Shown here: piece after piece, positions 50,300-63,974 of the stretch | How the letters are laid out: each line of letters opens with the position of its first letter | Position numbering within the stretch: position 1 is the stretch's first letter | Assembly: GCA_016748015.1 (NCBI GenBank) | Contig: JAAOMT010000439.1 | Coordinates: 145,527-209,526 of the forward strand | DNA: 64,000 nucleotides | Direction of reading: 5' to 3' | Source of the DNA: Geosiphon pyriformis uo1 | Taxonomy: Eukaryota > Fungi > Glomeromycota | Notes under the pieces: model-generated | Told to the model about the DNA's origin: nothing | Seen by the model: only the letters and a program-made list of their open reading frames with translations | The model's database searches: none | Program-made: the position numbers and the translations under genes

Positions 50300-52560
50300 C
50301 TTGGCACAGTCCAATTATTTCCATTTTTTGTTTTGCATTTAGATTTTCAGATTTCTTATTATTTTTTCCATTTTTTGTTTTTTTTGAATATAAAAAAGAA
50401 GATTTGCTTCAATTTTACTTTTTGTTGTTTTTTTTACTGTTAATAATTAAGGTTTATATTAATTATAATAATATTTTTAATTAAATTATTGATTATAGAA
50501 TTAGATAATAAATTATTTTATGTATGTATTGTAATAGTTTTTGTGTTGTTAAAATAAGTTAATATTAGTAAACAATTATAGTTTAAATATTAAAATAATA
50601 AATATAAGTTTTTATTTTCAAATAATAAAGAATAAAAAAAAACATATCTTTTGAACCAAATTATAATATAATTATTTCAGTAAAGTTTTATTTACATTAG
50701 TAAAAATAAAATAAAAAAAATAATTGTTGTTTTTATTAAAAAAAAAACAAAGCATAAAATATGTAATAAATTTATAAAAATACATAAAAATTTAGTAATA
50801 TATAATAATATTAATAATAATTTATTTTTTTATTTATTTTTAAAAGTTTTAATAATTTATTACTATAAATTAGTTTTTTTTAATAACAACCAAATTTTTT
50901 AATATTATATGTTAAATATTTAATATATAAAAAAACTACTTTATAAATTTATAATAATTTATATAAATAATTTGAACAATTATTTTATTATTTTACTTTT
51001 AAAATACTTTAATTAAAAATTTTTATAAATATTATCCCAAAAATTATTTTTTTAGTTTAAATAAATAAAATTTATTAAATATTTTTTTTAACTTTTTATA
51101 AAAAAAATAGATTTTATAATCTTGTTTTTTAAAAATTAAAATTAAAACCAAATATATTTAAAATATTGTAACTTAAAATATTTTTTAAAGAAATTTTTAT
51201 TTAAATGCTTACTTATTTGTTTTAATTAATTATTATATTAAATTCAAAATTTTTTTATTGTTATTTTAAGTTTAAAACATTAATAATATGCTTAAAATTC
51301 AATTATTTTAAATTAATTAAGAGTTTTTTATATTTTTTAAGATTTTATATTTTTTTAAAATAAGATTAAAGTTTATAAACACAATTTTATTTACAATATT
51401 AAATACAGCAAATTTAAAAACTTAGATTTAATGCTTGTATTTCTTGTAATAATATATAATAAAAAAGCATATTGTTAAATATAATTTACTTAACCAAAAT
51501 AGAACATCAAAAAAATTAAAAAATTTTTTTTTTAGATTAAAACACATTTATACAATTTAATTAGTATTATAAAAAAAATATAATAAAACTAAATAAAAAA
51601 ATAGATAAAAATTTTGTTGTTATTATTGTAAATTATAATACAAATACAAGATTTTAAAAATATTAAAATATAAAATTATTAAGTAAACCAAATTAATATT
51701 TTGTATTATTATTATTTAAAATTTCTGTTTAATTAATTCTAATTATTTAAATTTGAAATACATTAAAATAATTTTTTATTATTAAAATTATTATCTAAAA
51801 TGTTTAATTAAAAAAAACAAAAATTAATTATTATTATATTTTACAAAAAAATCAATTTTTGATTAATTTAATTTTTGTTTTATTTAATTTTCTATTTTAT
51901 AATATATTTATAATAATATTTTGTATAAAAAAATATATATATGTTAAAATATAAAAATATTACAATAATTTTTGTAAAAGTATAATTTTTTCAGTTTTTC
52001 AAGTACTTTATTATTGTTTAAACTTATAATAAATTTTCCAAAAATTAGAAATTGAAAAGTTTTAATAAGAAATATTTAATAAATTTATTAATTAAATATT
52101 GTAAAATAAGATAAAACCATTAATTATTTAAAAATAAATTTTTATAAATAATTCTAATCATTATAATTTTAATATATATTTAATTACATATTATAATATT
52201 TGTATATTGTAATTTTATAAGTTGTAATTATTAAACAACAAAACAAATATTTAGTTATAATTAATAATTATTACTATTAATTACATCTTTTTTAATAAAA
52301 TTATAGTTTTTATATACTTAATTATAAATATTTATATTATTAATTATATATATATAAAAAGAATTTTTATTTTTAAATCAAATTAATTTTTAAAAAAAAA
52401 TTGTATTTATTTAATAAAGAAAAATATTTATTAAAATCATAAAGCTATAATAATTGTGTTAATTTTTATTAAATTCGCAACTGTGATTTTAAAATTGTTC
52501 ACATTCATTGAATTACTTATATATATTAAAAAGAAAAATAGACATAATTTAATAATTTTT
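50300..52560. repeat. AT desert, probable mutation-saturated TE relic
   Basis: Abrupt drop to very low GC between genes, same texture as 1-4400. Confidence 0.6.
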
Positions 52561-52681
52561 GACTAATCGCAGGGCTTTCCCAGACCTGATAATCACGTGA
52601 CAATCACCCATTACCTAATGATAGTGCAGTTCAAATCTTTGATGATATAATGTTCCCTTTGTCTTTTATGTCCCCAAATAC

Positions 52682-54402
52682 ATGTCGATAAAAATGAATT
52701 TGCTTCATAAATACGACGCTGCGATCATCAAAAATGCTTCACAAATCAGCTCTATTGAAAGTTCTTTGCGCATGCTAACTTATATATTGCCAGGTAAAGA
52801 AGACGTTTGCTTAATTCAAGTGAAAATCGGGTTTAATTTTTCCTGCTCTAGTTAAATTTAGTATAACTTGTCAAAAAAAACTTTTTTATTTCTAACCAAA
52901 TTCTTACCTTTGACTCTAGGGCGTTTTGAAGACTCAGAGTTTGCATCAGGAGCGCGTAATGTATTCTTACACTTTCGAAAACAACTTGTTTTTTTTGGAA
53001 GGCTAAAAATCAATCTTTAATGCTCCAAATTTTTGCAATTGATTTCTAGTTTTCGCTGCATTGAATCTGATTGGGTTATATCATGATTCGATCTTGGTCC
53101 GTGCTGCTGCCAACCTTCCCCCATCTAAAAAGCCTATACCCTCTCCTCACAACCGATATACCAGATATTGGGTGAATTCATCGAAAACTTATCAACGCGC
53201 TGCTTTCCTCTTAACACTTTTACAATACACGGAGGTTTTACTCGAAATGGGTGTTCAGAAAAAGTGGGGAAAAGAAGTAAAATGGAGACTGATTGTTACC
53301 ATCGAGTCGATAAAGTAGGCAAGGCTTTTCGATTAAGAAAAAATATATATATATATATATATATATTTAAGTATTCGCCTATCCCATTAAACTAATATTT
53401 TCATCTGATTATTTGGCTCAGATCTATATGTAGAATCGTCCTTCTCTATAAAACAAAGAAACGAATTGTAGTACAACCTAGCATTCCAAGACGTGAAATC
53501 GATCCAGCAATTTTTAGTGAAGAACTATCGATAAAGGAAACTAGAATGGCAAATGGCTATTGGCCTGATTCAGTAGATAATGCTAAACAGATAAACAGCA
53601 GTTGGACAGGAGCACGCACAGGACTAAAGAGACCACATATATCTACTATATCTCAATCGTACAACTTGGGATCTAAGGATGTAACTGAGTATTTGATGAG
53701 CAGAGTCTTAATGGTTGAAGATGTAAGAAATCCAAAAGATTTAATTCATGTTTTGGGTAGCTTTGGGACAATTGGTGAATTATTATTCATTTTTAAACCA
53801 TTACTTTACGGTAAGTTTATTGAACTGGATGTCGATTTCGCAATATAGTTCATACTTTAATTCTTACATTCATAGTGCTTGCCATCAAGAAATTTGGTAC
53901 AAAATCATGGGTGCCATGGTTGAGCTCATTAGGAATCGAGATCTCAGCGCGTTTGCTGATAAATTTATTTTATAAGGCGCGAATCCCTGGGGGCTATCGT
54001 TGGTTGTCGAGTCTTGAAAAAGAAGAACATAAAAGAAGATTCTATCAATTCTTTTTCTACCTTTTAAGGGGACCATTCTATGATAAATTCACCAAGTAGG
54101 TTTAAGCTTTAAAGTGTCAACATGAAAAGAAGCGTAAAATTCTCAACAAATTCATATATTCTTTCATTCACCCTAATTTTTGGTAACAGGCCAAAAATTA
54201 ACGCTTTTTGCAATTCCGTGAGTACCAAACCTATCTTGTCACTTTTAGGTGGTATTCTTAGGGATTATCAACCATTGTTGGAAAACTTTTACTTTTACAG
54301 TAAGTTGCATTTTTATTTAATTTCCTTCCTCCCCTTTTTCATAATGCTCTTCGACTTAACTTCTTTTGAATTAAATATCTCCTTTTAGCCGCTTCATCCT
54401 AA
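52682..54402 (+). CDS. PEX16: Peroxisomal membrane protein Pex16 (multi-exon)
   Basis: NASQISSIESSLRMLTYILPGRF, PSPHNRYTRYW, YTEVLLEM, YLLRGPFYDKFTK, DYQPLLENFYFY. Confidence 0.93.
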
Positions 54403-54965
54403 AAAATAACGCAGGAGAATTCCCAACCAGTAGATGAGTATGATAATTTTTTACATGGACAAAAATTTGTGAATTATTTCACAAGATAGATGTGATTTTT
54501 ACTCGCAGTGCTTGTATATCAATATGGTGATTCTAATATATTTCAAGGAGAAATCAATTTTGATGGAAAACCCTTTGTTCAAGTTAATCTTTCGGTTCTC
54601 TATATGAAAGAAAAAAGTTGAAGGACTCGTTTGTTTCCCAAATTATGATGTTGATTTTTTGTTCTGTCTTATATTCACGCTATTGAAATTGAGATTTATA
54701 GACCGATTCTGACATAATACACTAATTATATAGCTTTGTGGAAAGCTGTACCAAATCTTGGTTTGGATTATCCTCCCAAATCCATCTCCAAGATTACGGT
54801 AATAGTAGAGTGTTAATGTTCATACATAGTAAAGGTCATTCTTGTATCAACAACACTTCTGTTGAAAGCAACAAAAAGTTACGTAGCCCTCGGAATATTA
54901 AACATTATGATAAATCGCTTGTGGAAACAAAGGTTTCGATAAACAATCGTTATTGGGTACTGAAA

Positions 54966-55659
54966 TCACTTTTCAATTTGTGCGGTAAGTTGATCCCAGA
55001 GATAATGCCAGTCTTCTTCTGTCCTTGAATTGGAACTGGATAGATCAACTAACCCAAATTTCAACACTATATCACCCTTGACTTCCTGTTTCGAGCTCCT
55101 TTTTTGTAAAGTAAAAGCAGCTGGTTGGTTTCTTGGATCTTCAAATGCGCGAGGCTGACCATCATTTAGTCCGCCATTATTACGAGCAAAAAGTTGTTTC
55201 ATTGGAATCGTAATTTCACCAAGGAAATCACGACCAAATCGATCTTCATCCCAGACGGTGATAGTTACAGAACCAGGAATCTTTTCGGGCCCGAGTTTAA
55301 TATCAAAGGTAGTATTCCAAACAGGATTTAAATTTTTATTAATTACTGGTGTCTGGTATTTTTGATTGCCGACTCGAACCACTACATATGGATCCGAGGA
55401 ACCATCTTTATCACTAAAATGATGAAGTCATTGTTCGTTGATTAATTTCCAAGTGTTTTATTATTTATTGTATGAAAACGTCTTTCCGGGATTCTTGCAG
55501 CTCAATAATGTGAATTTTAAAACTCTCGTCACTTTCCAACTAAAACTGACACCAATCTAGATAAAAACATCAGGCGCTGCCTTTTTTTAATACTCACGCA
55601 GCTGCCAGGTCTCTCGCCGCCAGTACACCAATGCGCAGAATTATACCTTTATCACTCAT
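54966..55659 (-). CDS. Small single C2-domain protein (2 exons)
   Basis: LRIGVLAARDLAA/DKDGSSDPYVVV, KNLNPVWN, VWDEDRFGRDFLGE; Ca-binding Asp residues present. Confidence 0.88.
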
Positions 55660-55935
55660 TATAATAAAACGGGTTGGAAGGTTTTTATAATGAATGAGTT
55701 TTAATTCTCCATTTAAATACTAAAATCCTAATTCAATATATAAAGATTAGCCAATAGATGAATGTTACAGAAAACGAATCCTTTGTTGTTTCATCAATGA
55801 CCTTTATAGATGATGATTCATCAAATATTTCCGATTGGCCAAAGAATTTGGGTAATTATACAACGTGAAGCATTATTAAATGGATCATACCATTGTAAGT
55901 TATACTTTCTTTGAAAACTTAACTCTCTTTGAGTA

Positions 55936-56621
55936 ATGGAAGCCGAAACAGCCACTCCACCAGAGTCCACCAATAATCAATTACCGCCTATATTATCTCC
56001 ATCTCTGCCGCAGCATCAAGACGACACAGAACAATTGCCACACCAAGGACCCTCATACCATGCTTTTAATTATTTTCTTGAGGAGATGCATGGCATGTTA
56101 AATGATGCGGATTTGGAGAAAATCGTGGAAAATCAAAAAAACATGTAATTTCCCCCTTTTAATCACAAAATTAAAATTAATTTAGAAATTTGATATTCAT
56201 ATTAAATTGACTCTAAAAATAGTTTTTTGAATTTAGAAATTCTTTTTTAACCAATTAATAATTAATTTTTTTCAAAAGGCATGAAAATCTAGAGCAAACC
56301 GCAGTAACGCTTACTTCTTTGAACGATTTGAGTACCCAAAAATATGATGAATTACTGAGGAAATATGATTTGCATGCGAAATGTTTGAAAGAAATGAAAA
56401 ACGATTTGGAATATATATTTAAGAAGATTCGGTGAGTTAAAGGCAATTCTGCTTGAGATTATATTCGTTGGCAAGATTACGTTTCAAAATCTTTGGAATT
56501 TTTTATGCTCAAAAAATTTAGTCTAATCAAGACAAAAGTTGCCTCACAACATCCTGACGCATTTGCAAAGATGCAGAAAAAAATTGGCATAAAACAAGAT
56601 GGCGATGATGACGAGGACTAA
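55936..56621 (+). CDS. KXD1: KxDL-motif protein, BORC/BLOC-1 subunit (3 exons)
   Basis: HAKCLKEMKNDLEYIFKKIR-LIKTKVASQHPDAF. Confidence 0.85.
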
Positions 56622-56793
56622 AACCATTAATCTAGAATATTTTAATTTTTTCTTTGCTTTATTAATTTTTCGCTAATTCGAAATTAAGTCTACTGCCATG
56701 ATTTGGCAAATTCCACCTTATAATAGGAGAAAACATTCCATAATTGAACGCTCAATTTTTCATTCCGTCATAAATTAAAAGTTCCGAAAGTTA

Positions 56794-57551
56794 TCACCAA
56801 AATAAATCATCCCGTAACGGTGGCTCAACACCTTTGTTAAGATTCATAATTTCGGTGAGCGCTTCGAGCACCATTTTGATGTTGGCTTTTATTTTCGCTA
56901 CTTCTTTTGAATATTGATCGGCTTTCCTGTTAAAAAAAAAGATAAGTAGTATCGCGCTCAACATCATTAGTAAATAACAAATCGAAGAAATAAACCAAAA
57001 GAACGAGAATAAAAATATATATTATGACAAATACCTTTGCAATAATTTTTCCTTTCGATCAATAAATTCCACAGCCTCAGAAGATGTTAGTTGTACATGA
57101 AACCCGAAGCCAACATTTATGTATAGGAAAGATGTATCTGGCCTTTCCAAACAATTTGGTATATATATTCCTTTTTCAATTTCAAATAACATTTTCTAAT
57201 GTTCGAATGCGGTAAGAAAATACTAACACTTTAGCCTGTACATAGAAATTGGTGCCTAGATCCACCATAGTCTTCATTTCTGTCAATTCATTATCAATAA
57301 TCAGTTGAATTTGTGTCTTCAATTTTAAACTTGAAAAATATCCCAAAAGTTCAAATAAAATATTAAACTAGTTCATTCCTTTGTCTCAATTCTAGTCAAA
57401 AAATGATATTAAAAAATGATAGTTACTATTCAGATATTTGATCATAAATCACGTCCCTTAAATCCATCATTTTTTTCAAATCAGGCTTTAACGTGTCGTT
57501 TAAGAAGCCTTCATATTGTTTGACTTTGGAGGCAATATCCTTATCCACCAT
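56794..57551 (-). CDS. UXT: UXT prefoldin-alpha-like protein (4 exons)
   Basis: YEGFLNDTLKPDL, TMVDLGTNFYVQAKV, INVGFGFHVQ, AKIKANIKMVLEAL. Confidence 0.88.
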
Positions 57552-57895
57552 AGTTGATATTTCTTGGTAAAGCAGGAGATAAGAATTTTTTTATATTTAA
57601 CTGTTCAGGAAGAAAAAGAAGAAATCTAGTTTCTTACTGATCCAAAAAGCCAATCGGATATTTCTCTGACAATTGACCCAATCATTTCACATTTCACATT
57701 TGACATTAAAATCGTGGCCCATTCTCATTGAAGTGTGAAGAAACAGAAATTTTGTTTTCTTTTCTATCTAATATCACACTCTATATTCTTTCTTTTATTC
57801 GAATTTTTGCTTTGATACAGTTTTTGTGAGCTAGTTTACGTTTTATATATGAGATTGCCCTGTTTCTATTATTTACCTATCAGTCTTAAAATATT

Positions 57896-59359
57896 ATGAA
57901 CTTGCAAATTCAGAATCGAAAGTGTGTGAATTTGTACTTGGCGATGTTTTCGCTCTTGTTCGTTCTGTTGGTAGCCCAACTGCCTAGCGTCAGTACAGAG
58001 GAGGGCAAACGACAGCAGTCATCAGAGTTCCACCATCAACCCACACACTTGGCAAGTGATTGCGCTCATCTAAAAGAATTAATAAAAGAGGGAAAACATC
58101 CTGGAATCAAGGATAGCAATATTTCTGGATGCCCACACTTTAGTCAATCATTAAAAAAAGAAATTCAAGATCAAAACAATGAAAACCACTCAAAAATTGA
58201 TCATATACGAATATGCCCTTATATCCAAGAATTAAATCGACAAAAACGCCACAGGCTTAGCATTGAGAGCAATTTTACAAAAACCGTTTTCGCCTTTCTT
58301 TTTCCTGGTAGCCCACGTGTAAATTCTTTATTGGCCACCTTCTATATCTCTTCCGTACCGAATTTTATATTATTCTTTGTACCACCAGATATACGTCCTT
58401 CCTCTCTCAATTCCCTTGTCAGTTTTGCTGTGGGTGGTTTACTTGGTGATGTATTCTTACATTTATTACCGCAATCTTTTTTGGGAGAAAATAATGATGA
58501 TCAAGTTCACTTTGTACAATTGGAAGAGAAGAAAAATGTCATAATTGGGCTAGCAATTTTTATTGGATTGACCTCATTTTTTGTAATTGACAAGTTTATG
58601 CGAATAGCCAGTGGTGGAGAAGAAAGTGGTCATTCTCATTCAAAGAAATTCGAGAAAAAAGATGATTCAATCACAACTGCAACACAGAATCGTGAAGATT
58701 CCAAATCACTTCGTCATCGTACATCTGAAAAGTCGAAAAAAGGTGATAAAAATTCTACAAAAGATCATCTCACCGATGACGATCAAGATCAGAATCTTAA
58801 AAAAGCCCCATCGACAAGCATTAAATTATCTGCCTATTTAAATCTTATTGCGGATGCAACCCATAATTTCACTGATGGCCTTGCCATGGCGGCATCATTC
58901 TATGCTTCGCCTAGTATTGGAGCCACAACCACAGTGGCAGTTTTTTTCCATGAAATCCCCCATGAAATTGGCGATTATGCTATTTTAATTCAAAGTGGTT
59001 TTACAAAACAATACGCTCTCCTCTCTCAGTTCGCTACGGCCATTGGGGCATTCCTTGGGACTTTGGCAGGAATTGCGATCGAAGAGATAAGTAGAAGTGA
59101 TGACATGAATGTTGGGAGTGAACATGTTACTTTATCTGGTGCTTACTCAGGGATTCTAGGGACGGGAGTACGTTTTAGTGACTTAGTTATTCCATTCACG
59201 GCTGGTGGTTTTTTGTATATTGCCACAGTCGGGGTTATTCCTGAATTATTGGAGGTTACCGGAAAGTTGAGCAAAGATCTCAAACAAGCTGGTATTGAAA
59301 TCCTAGCAATGTTTATTGGTGTAGGAATGATGGCAATTATAGCCTGGAATGAGGGTTAA
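57896..59359 (+). CDS. ZIP (LIV-1/ZIP7, Yke4-like) zinc transporter, intronless
   Basis: FAVGGLLGDVFLHLLP, LNLIADATHNFTDG, FFHEIPHEIGD, FTAGGFLY; N-terminal hydrophobic signal. Confidence 0.93.
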   Translation: MNLQIQNRKCVNLYLAMFSLLFVLLVAQLPSVSTEEGKRQQSSEFHHQPTHLASDCAHLKELIKEGKHPGIKDSNISGCPHFSQSLKKEIQDQNNENHSKIDHIRICPYIQELNRQKRHRLSIESNFTKTVFAFLFPGSPRVNSLLATFYISSVPNFILFFVPPDIRPSSLNSLVSFAVGGLLGDVFLHLLPQSFLGENNDDQVHFVQLEEKKNVIIGLAIFIGLTSFFVIDKFMRIASGGEESGHSHSKKFEKKDDSITTATQNREDSKSLRHRTSEKSKKGDKNSTKDHLTDDDQDQNLKKAPSTSIKLSAYLNLIADATHNFTDGLAMAASFYASPSIGATTTVAVFFHEIPHEIGDYAILIQSGFTKQYALLSQFATAIGAFLGTLAGIAIEEISRSDDMNVGSEHVTLSGAYSGILGTGVRFSDLVIPFTAGGFLYIATVGVIPELLEVTGKLSKDLKQAGIEILAMFIGVGMMAIIAWNEG

Positions 59360-59675
59360 AAAAATTATGGCCTCGACTTAAGTAATTTTATTCGAATTTT
59401 TGGTCAATCTAATAAGGAATTTAACTCCTGTAAATCAATGACGCAACCTCGCTAACGCGTGTCGTTACCTGTTCTGATTTTCGCGTTAGTGTAACCTCTT
59501 GGAACATCTCGGCTATTAAAGTTAAATTGATTTAGGACCCTCTATTTTTTTGTTCGAAAACGTCGATTTTGCTACTTAATACTTGCGTGAAAAATCTAAA
59601 GCTTTAGCAATTTGAGCGTTATAATAATTATACTTTTACTCCTTTAAAACTGATATAGCGTGGAAAGTTCATTAT

Positions 59676-61410
59676 ATGTCGCTTTGGCGCTGTTTGCAAA
59701 CTGCTCCTGAGGAGTTGAGGTTAGACACCACCTTGAAGTGCGGTCAGTCTTTTCGTTGGAAGCTTTCAGGCGAAGACGAATGGTAAACTGTTGAGTTTAT
59801 AAAGATTATATTTGAAAAGGCCAAATTTGTGGTGCGGACGCTTACTCTCCTGTTTGAAGGATTTTTCCGCGTATTTTGTCATAACTTTTATCTAGGTAGA
59901 AACTTGAGCCATAATTTACAATTGAATGATAATCAAGATATGTTTCAATTTACTAAATTTTAGGTCTTGTGCCTTTAAAGGACGTCTTGTCACCCTGAGA
60001 CAAACCCGTAAGATAATAAAATTCTTGAAGGATGCATATAATTTCAAATTGCAATAAAGATGACAATAGATATATCTTTAAATTATATTTAGAAACAAGC
60101 GTATTATTTAGGACCTATCCTTCTCATTCCAAATCTTTCTCTTCGAATTCCCCAAAGAAACAAACTGCGCATCAAATTCAACAAGATTTGGATAGGATGC
60201 AAACGTTCTTAACTGAATACTTTCAATTGCACTTGAAACTGACTGAATGCTATGAGAGATGGAGCGCGGCCGACCAGAATTTTGCTAAAGTGGCACGACA
60301 ATTCCAGGGTATACGGATGTTACGACAAGATCCTGTGGAGAATTTAATTTGCTTTATCTGTTCTAGTAACAACAATATTTCTAGGATATCACAGATGGTA
60401 ATTATGAATGTTTTCAAATGAGCTTTTTTTAACTTTATCCGGGGAAAATCTTATGATACCTGGTCATTTAAGATTGAGAAACTATGCAGAACGTATGGCA
60501 ATAAGGTGTATACTCTGAACGGGGAAGATTATTATGATTTTCCAACACTCGAAAAACTTGCTCAATCGAATGTCGATGATGAATTAAAAAAACTTGGATT
60601 CGGATATCGTGCAAAGTATATTAGTCAAACGGCGAATCATATCTTACATATGATACCTGAAGGGAAAAAATGGCTTTTTTCGCTAAGAAATGCTGATTAC
60701 AAAGAAGCACATTCGGCTTTATTGCAATTATCTGGTGTAAGTTCCTAACGAGCTCTGAACTTTATTACCCTCTACCACTCTAATTGTGCAAAAATCATTC
60801 CTTAGGTGGGACCCAAAGTTGCAGATTGTGTGGTACGATTTTGAGATTATTCTGCAATTATGCTTTGAAAATTGTCGCTTTGATTAATTTATGTAATTTT
60901 TTATCTTGATAGTGTTTAATGTCACTAGATAAGCAAAATGCCATTCCTGTTGATACTCACGTTTGGCAAATCGCAAAACGTATTTATGGTTTCGGCACCA
61001 AAGGGGCTTCAACCCCAAAGACATTGACTAGTCGAATGTATGAAGCGATTGCTGATCATTTTCGTACTTTATTTGGTGAATACAGTGGTTGGGCGCATTC
61101 TGTATGTTTAAACCTCTCAATTTTTCCATATTTACTCATAATCATTATGGTAATCTAAGCCTTGATGTCTTTTCTCTATTGAATTCAACATTTTTAGGTT
61201 TTATTCACAGCAGACCTCAAAGCTTTTGAAAAGCGAAACGAAGTAGACTCATTAGCTAAAGAAAATTCGGTTATGGACAAAGAATTCATCTCGACCAAAG
61301 TAACCCTTATGTCAAAGAATTCTATCAAACGAGAACCCCTAGAGAAGGATATGTTGAATAAAGTTATAAAAAAGAAATCGCGCAAGGATCCGCAAATTAA
61401 TAAAGCGTGA
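59676..61410 (+). CDS. OGG1: 8-oxoguanine DNA glycosylase (multi-exon)
   Basis: TLKCGQSFRW, QDPVENLICFICSSNNNISRI, GFGYRAKYI, GVGPKVADC, IPVDTHVWQIA, GWAHS/VLF. Confidence 0.95.
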
Positions 61411-61698
61411 AATGATTGACCTCGAAAATCATGTTAAATGCAAAAAATTGAATACGGTGGTAATATTGCACCAACCAAATCATTGGAACTAACTAAAAGA
61501 GCTTCGGATTTGGATTTAGGTACATATATCAACATATTCAAGAGATTAAAATCGGTGATGCGGAAAAATTTTCGGCACTTTCCACTCTGACAACTTGACA
61601 AAACAAATTCAACTAATGATCTAATACCGAATTGGACTCCATAAGTTAAAAAAATAAACCCTTCACATTCCTTTATCAAAACTCTATTAATAATTGAA

Positions 61699-63974
61699 AT
61701 GGAAAGAGCAGTTCGAGGCGCAACTAAACAAAAGAATGCTGCCCCCAAGGATAAATATCTCCAAGGTACCAAGATATTAAATTTAAAACTGGCGCATCTC
61801 GTCGATCAAGATTTCGACAATCAACACTTTTTCCTTAATCATAGTACTCCTACCTGCCACCTCTAGCGACTTTTTGTTGCAGGAAATTTTCACAGCCCTT
61901 CATTATAGATTGAGGGAAAATTCTTGGACTGTAAGCTTTTAATCCTTATAAGCTAAAGTTACCGTAAAATTCACTTATACCTCTTATCATCTAAAGGTCG
62001 TTTTCAAAAGTCTTATTGTGTTACATATACTAATTCGACAAGGCTCGGGAGAAAATGTGCTTCGCTTTCTGTTGAGAGAACCAAGTATTACCAACGTCTC
62101 TAAATTCAAAGATAAGTCGGGCTCACATCGTCTGTATCCAATTTATTAATCTGTCTTGGATAAAGAACGTTAAACTCATTTTTTCTATTTTCAATACTTT
62201 GGGAAATGACACTAAAATTTCTGGATTAAAAGATATCGAACAGACAAAAAATATCCACGCGTATGCTGGGTACATTGAAGAAAAGATTTCTTCATATCAT
62301 GACCTAAAAGTTGATTTCGTTGAAACCTACTCTCAATCTGCTGTGTCCGGGCGCCTGAGAAAGCTTACAGTAGCCAAAGGACTTTTGCGTGAAGTAAAAA
62401 TACTACAGCGACAATTAGGGACACTACTGAAGTGCAAGGTAAAATCAGATATTCTCTTAAAAGACATCTTATAATGTACTCCTCAAAAATAACTGAATTT
62501 AATATTGGTTTCAGTTCTTTTTGGACGAGGTTGATAATGAAGTTACCTTGACTGCTTTTAGGTTACTTGTAAGCGACCTATTGGCTCTTTTTAAAGCAGT
62601 TAATGAAGGCGTTATCAATGTTTTGGGTCGGTAGGTCATAACCACAATCAAGTCTTAGTCATTAAATATTTGAAAAATTTTCATCTTAAGAATTCTTAAT
62701 CATTATATTTAGAGCAATATTGTGAAATGTCGCTGATTGATGCAAAAGATGCATTGGAAATTTACAGGACATTTGTAAAACAAACCGAAGGTGTAGTAGA
62801 TTATCTAAGTGTTGCTAAAAAATTAGAAGCTGCGCTTAGAATGCCTATTCCAAATCTTAAACATGTAAGTATCCCAATTTTCTACTACATCAACATTTGA
62901 AATTATTAAAAAACTTGGTAATAATTGATATCACTGGCTTAAATAGGCGCCTGTGTCTATGACAGTTTTTCTTGAAGAATACGTTAATGATCCTGATTTT
63001 GAAAAGAATCGACAAGAGTATAAACTCTCAAAAACTTCCTCCCCTCCGAGTCCAAAGTCTCAAAAGACCTTAACCAAATCTAAAGAAATAGCCAAAACTG
63101 AAGGTAGCTCAGAAATTGGGAGCAAACATAAAGAGGAGTTTGCTCTAACTGATACTACCAAAAATAGTAGGTTCTATTAGTTTATCTTTTCTGGAACCTA
63201 TTATTTCTTCTCAACTAATTTCAAACATTTTTAGACGTAATATTTGAGGCCTCCAAGCCTGAATCAAAAGAAAAGGATTTCATAGATTTATTTTCACGCA
63301 TTGAACAAGAACAAACTTTGCTATTCGGAAATCAATCTCTGACAGGAGTTTATGGACCAAGTACCACTAATCCATTTTTGGTGTTGCAGCAGCAGCAGCA
63401 GCAGCAGATAAGTCAAGAGAATACTGTACAGCAATTGAGCCAATTGACATTACAGGAATTGGGATTCCAATCCCAAATTCAACATGCTCATGATACCAAT
63501 CCTTTTCGGGCTTCAATGCTTATGCAAGCCTCTTCATCTTCATTGACTGGAAACGCGATACTTTCTTTCCCACAACAACAATCAAGTTATAACTCATTCC
63601 AAGCACAACAAATTTCAGCCTTATCACCACAGCCAGTAGCATCCACCAATCCATTTTTGACGATGAATAGCCCAATCGATGCCATGCAATTTGATTCACA
63701 ATCTTTATCCACTGGTCTCCAATCAACCACAACTTCACTTGAACATCACTTTCCCACGTCAGATAGCAATCCTTTCAGACGTCTCACTCGGTCGGCTACT
63801 TTTGACTTGTCACAACAGCAGGATCCCACCTTTCCTAGCTCCTCATCATCTTTTCCGACCAATAATAACTCACAGACTACACCATATCAACCCTTTCACG
63901 CAAATACAATGCCTCTTCCATTACAGCATCAGCACCAGCGACATTCTGCCTCGAATTTGTTCAGAGAGTTTTAA
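61699..63974 (+). CDS. ANTH-domain clathrin adaptor, AP180/Yap1801-like (multi-exon; 3' end uncertain at window edge)
   Basis: MERAVRGATK..APKDKYL, VVFKSLIVLHILIR, LFKAVNEGVINVL, IPNLKHAP, four NPF motifs in the tail. Confidence 0.92.

Noticed and set aside
21268-63974. Functional gene cluster (e.g. SND1, ADA2, OGG1 and the Rad53-like kinase as a defence island)
   Set aside because: Unrelated conserved housekeeping genes with no shared pathway or sign of horizontal origin
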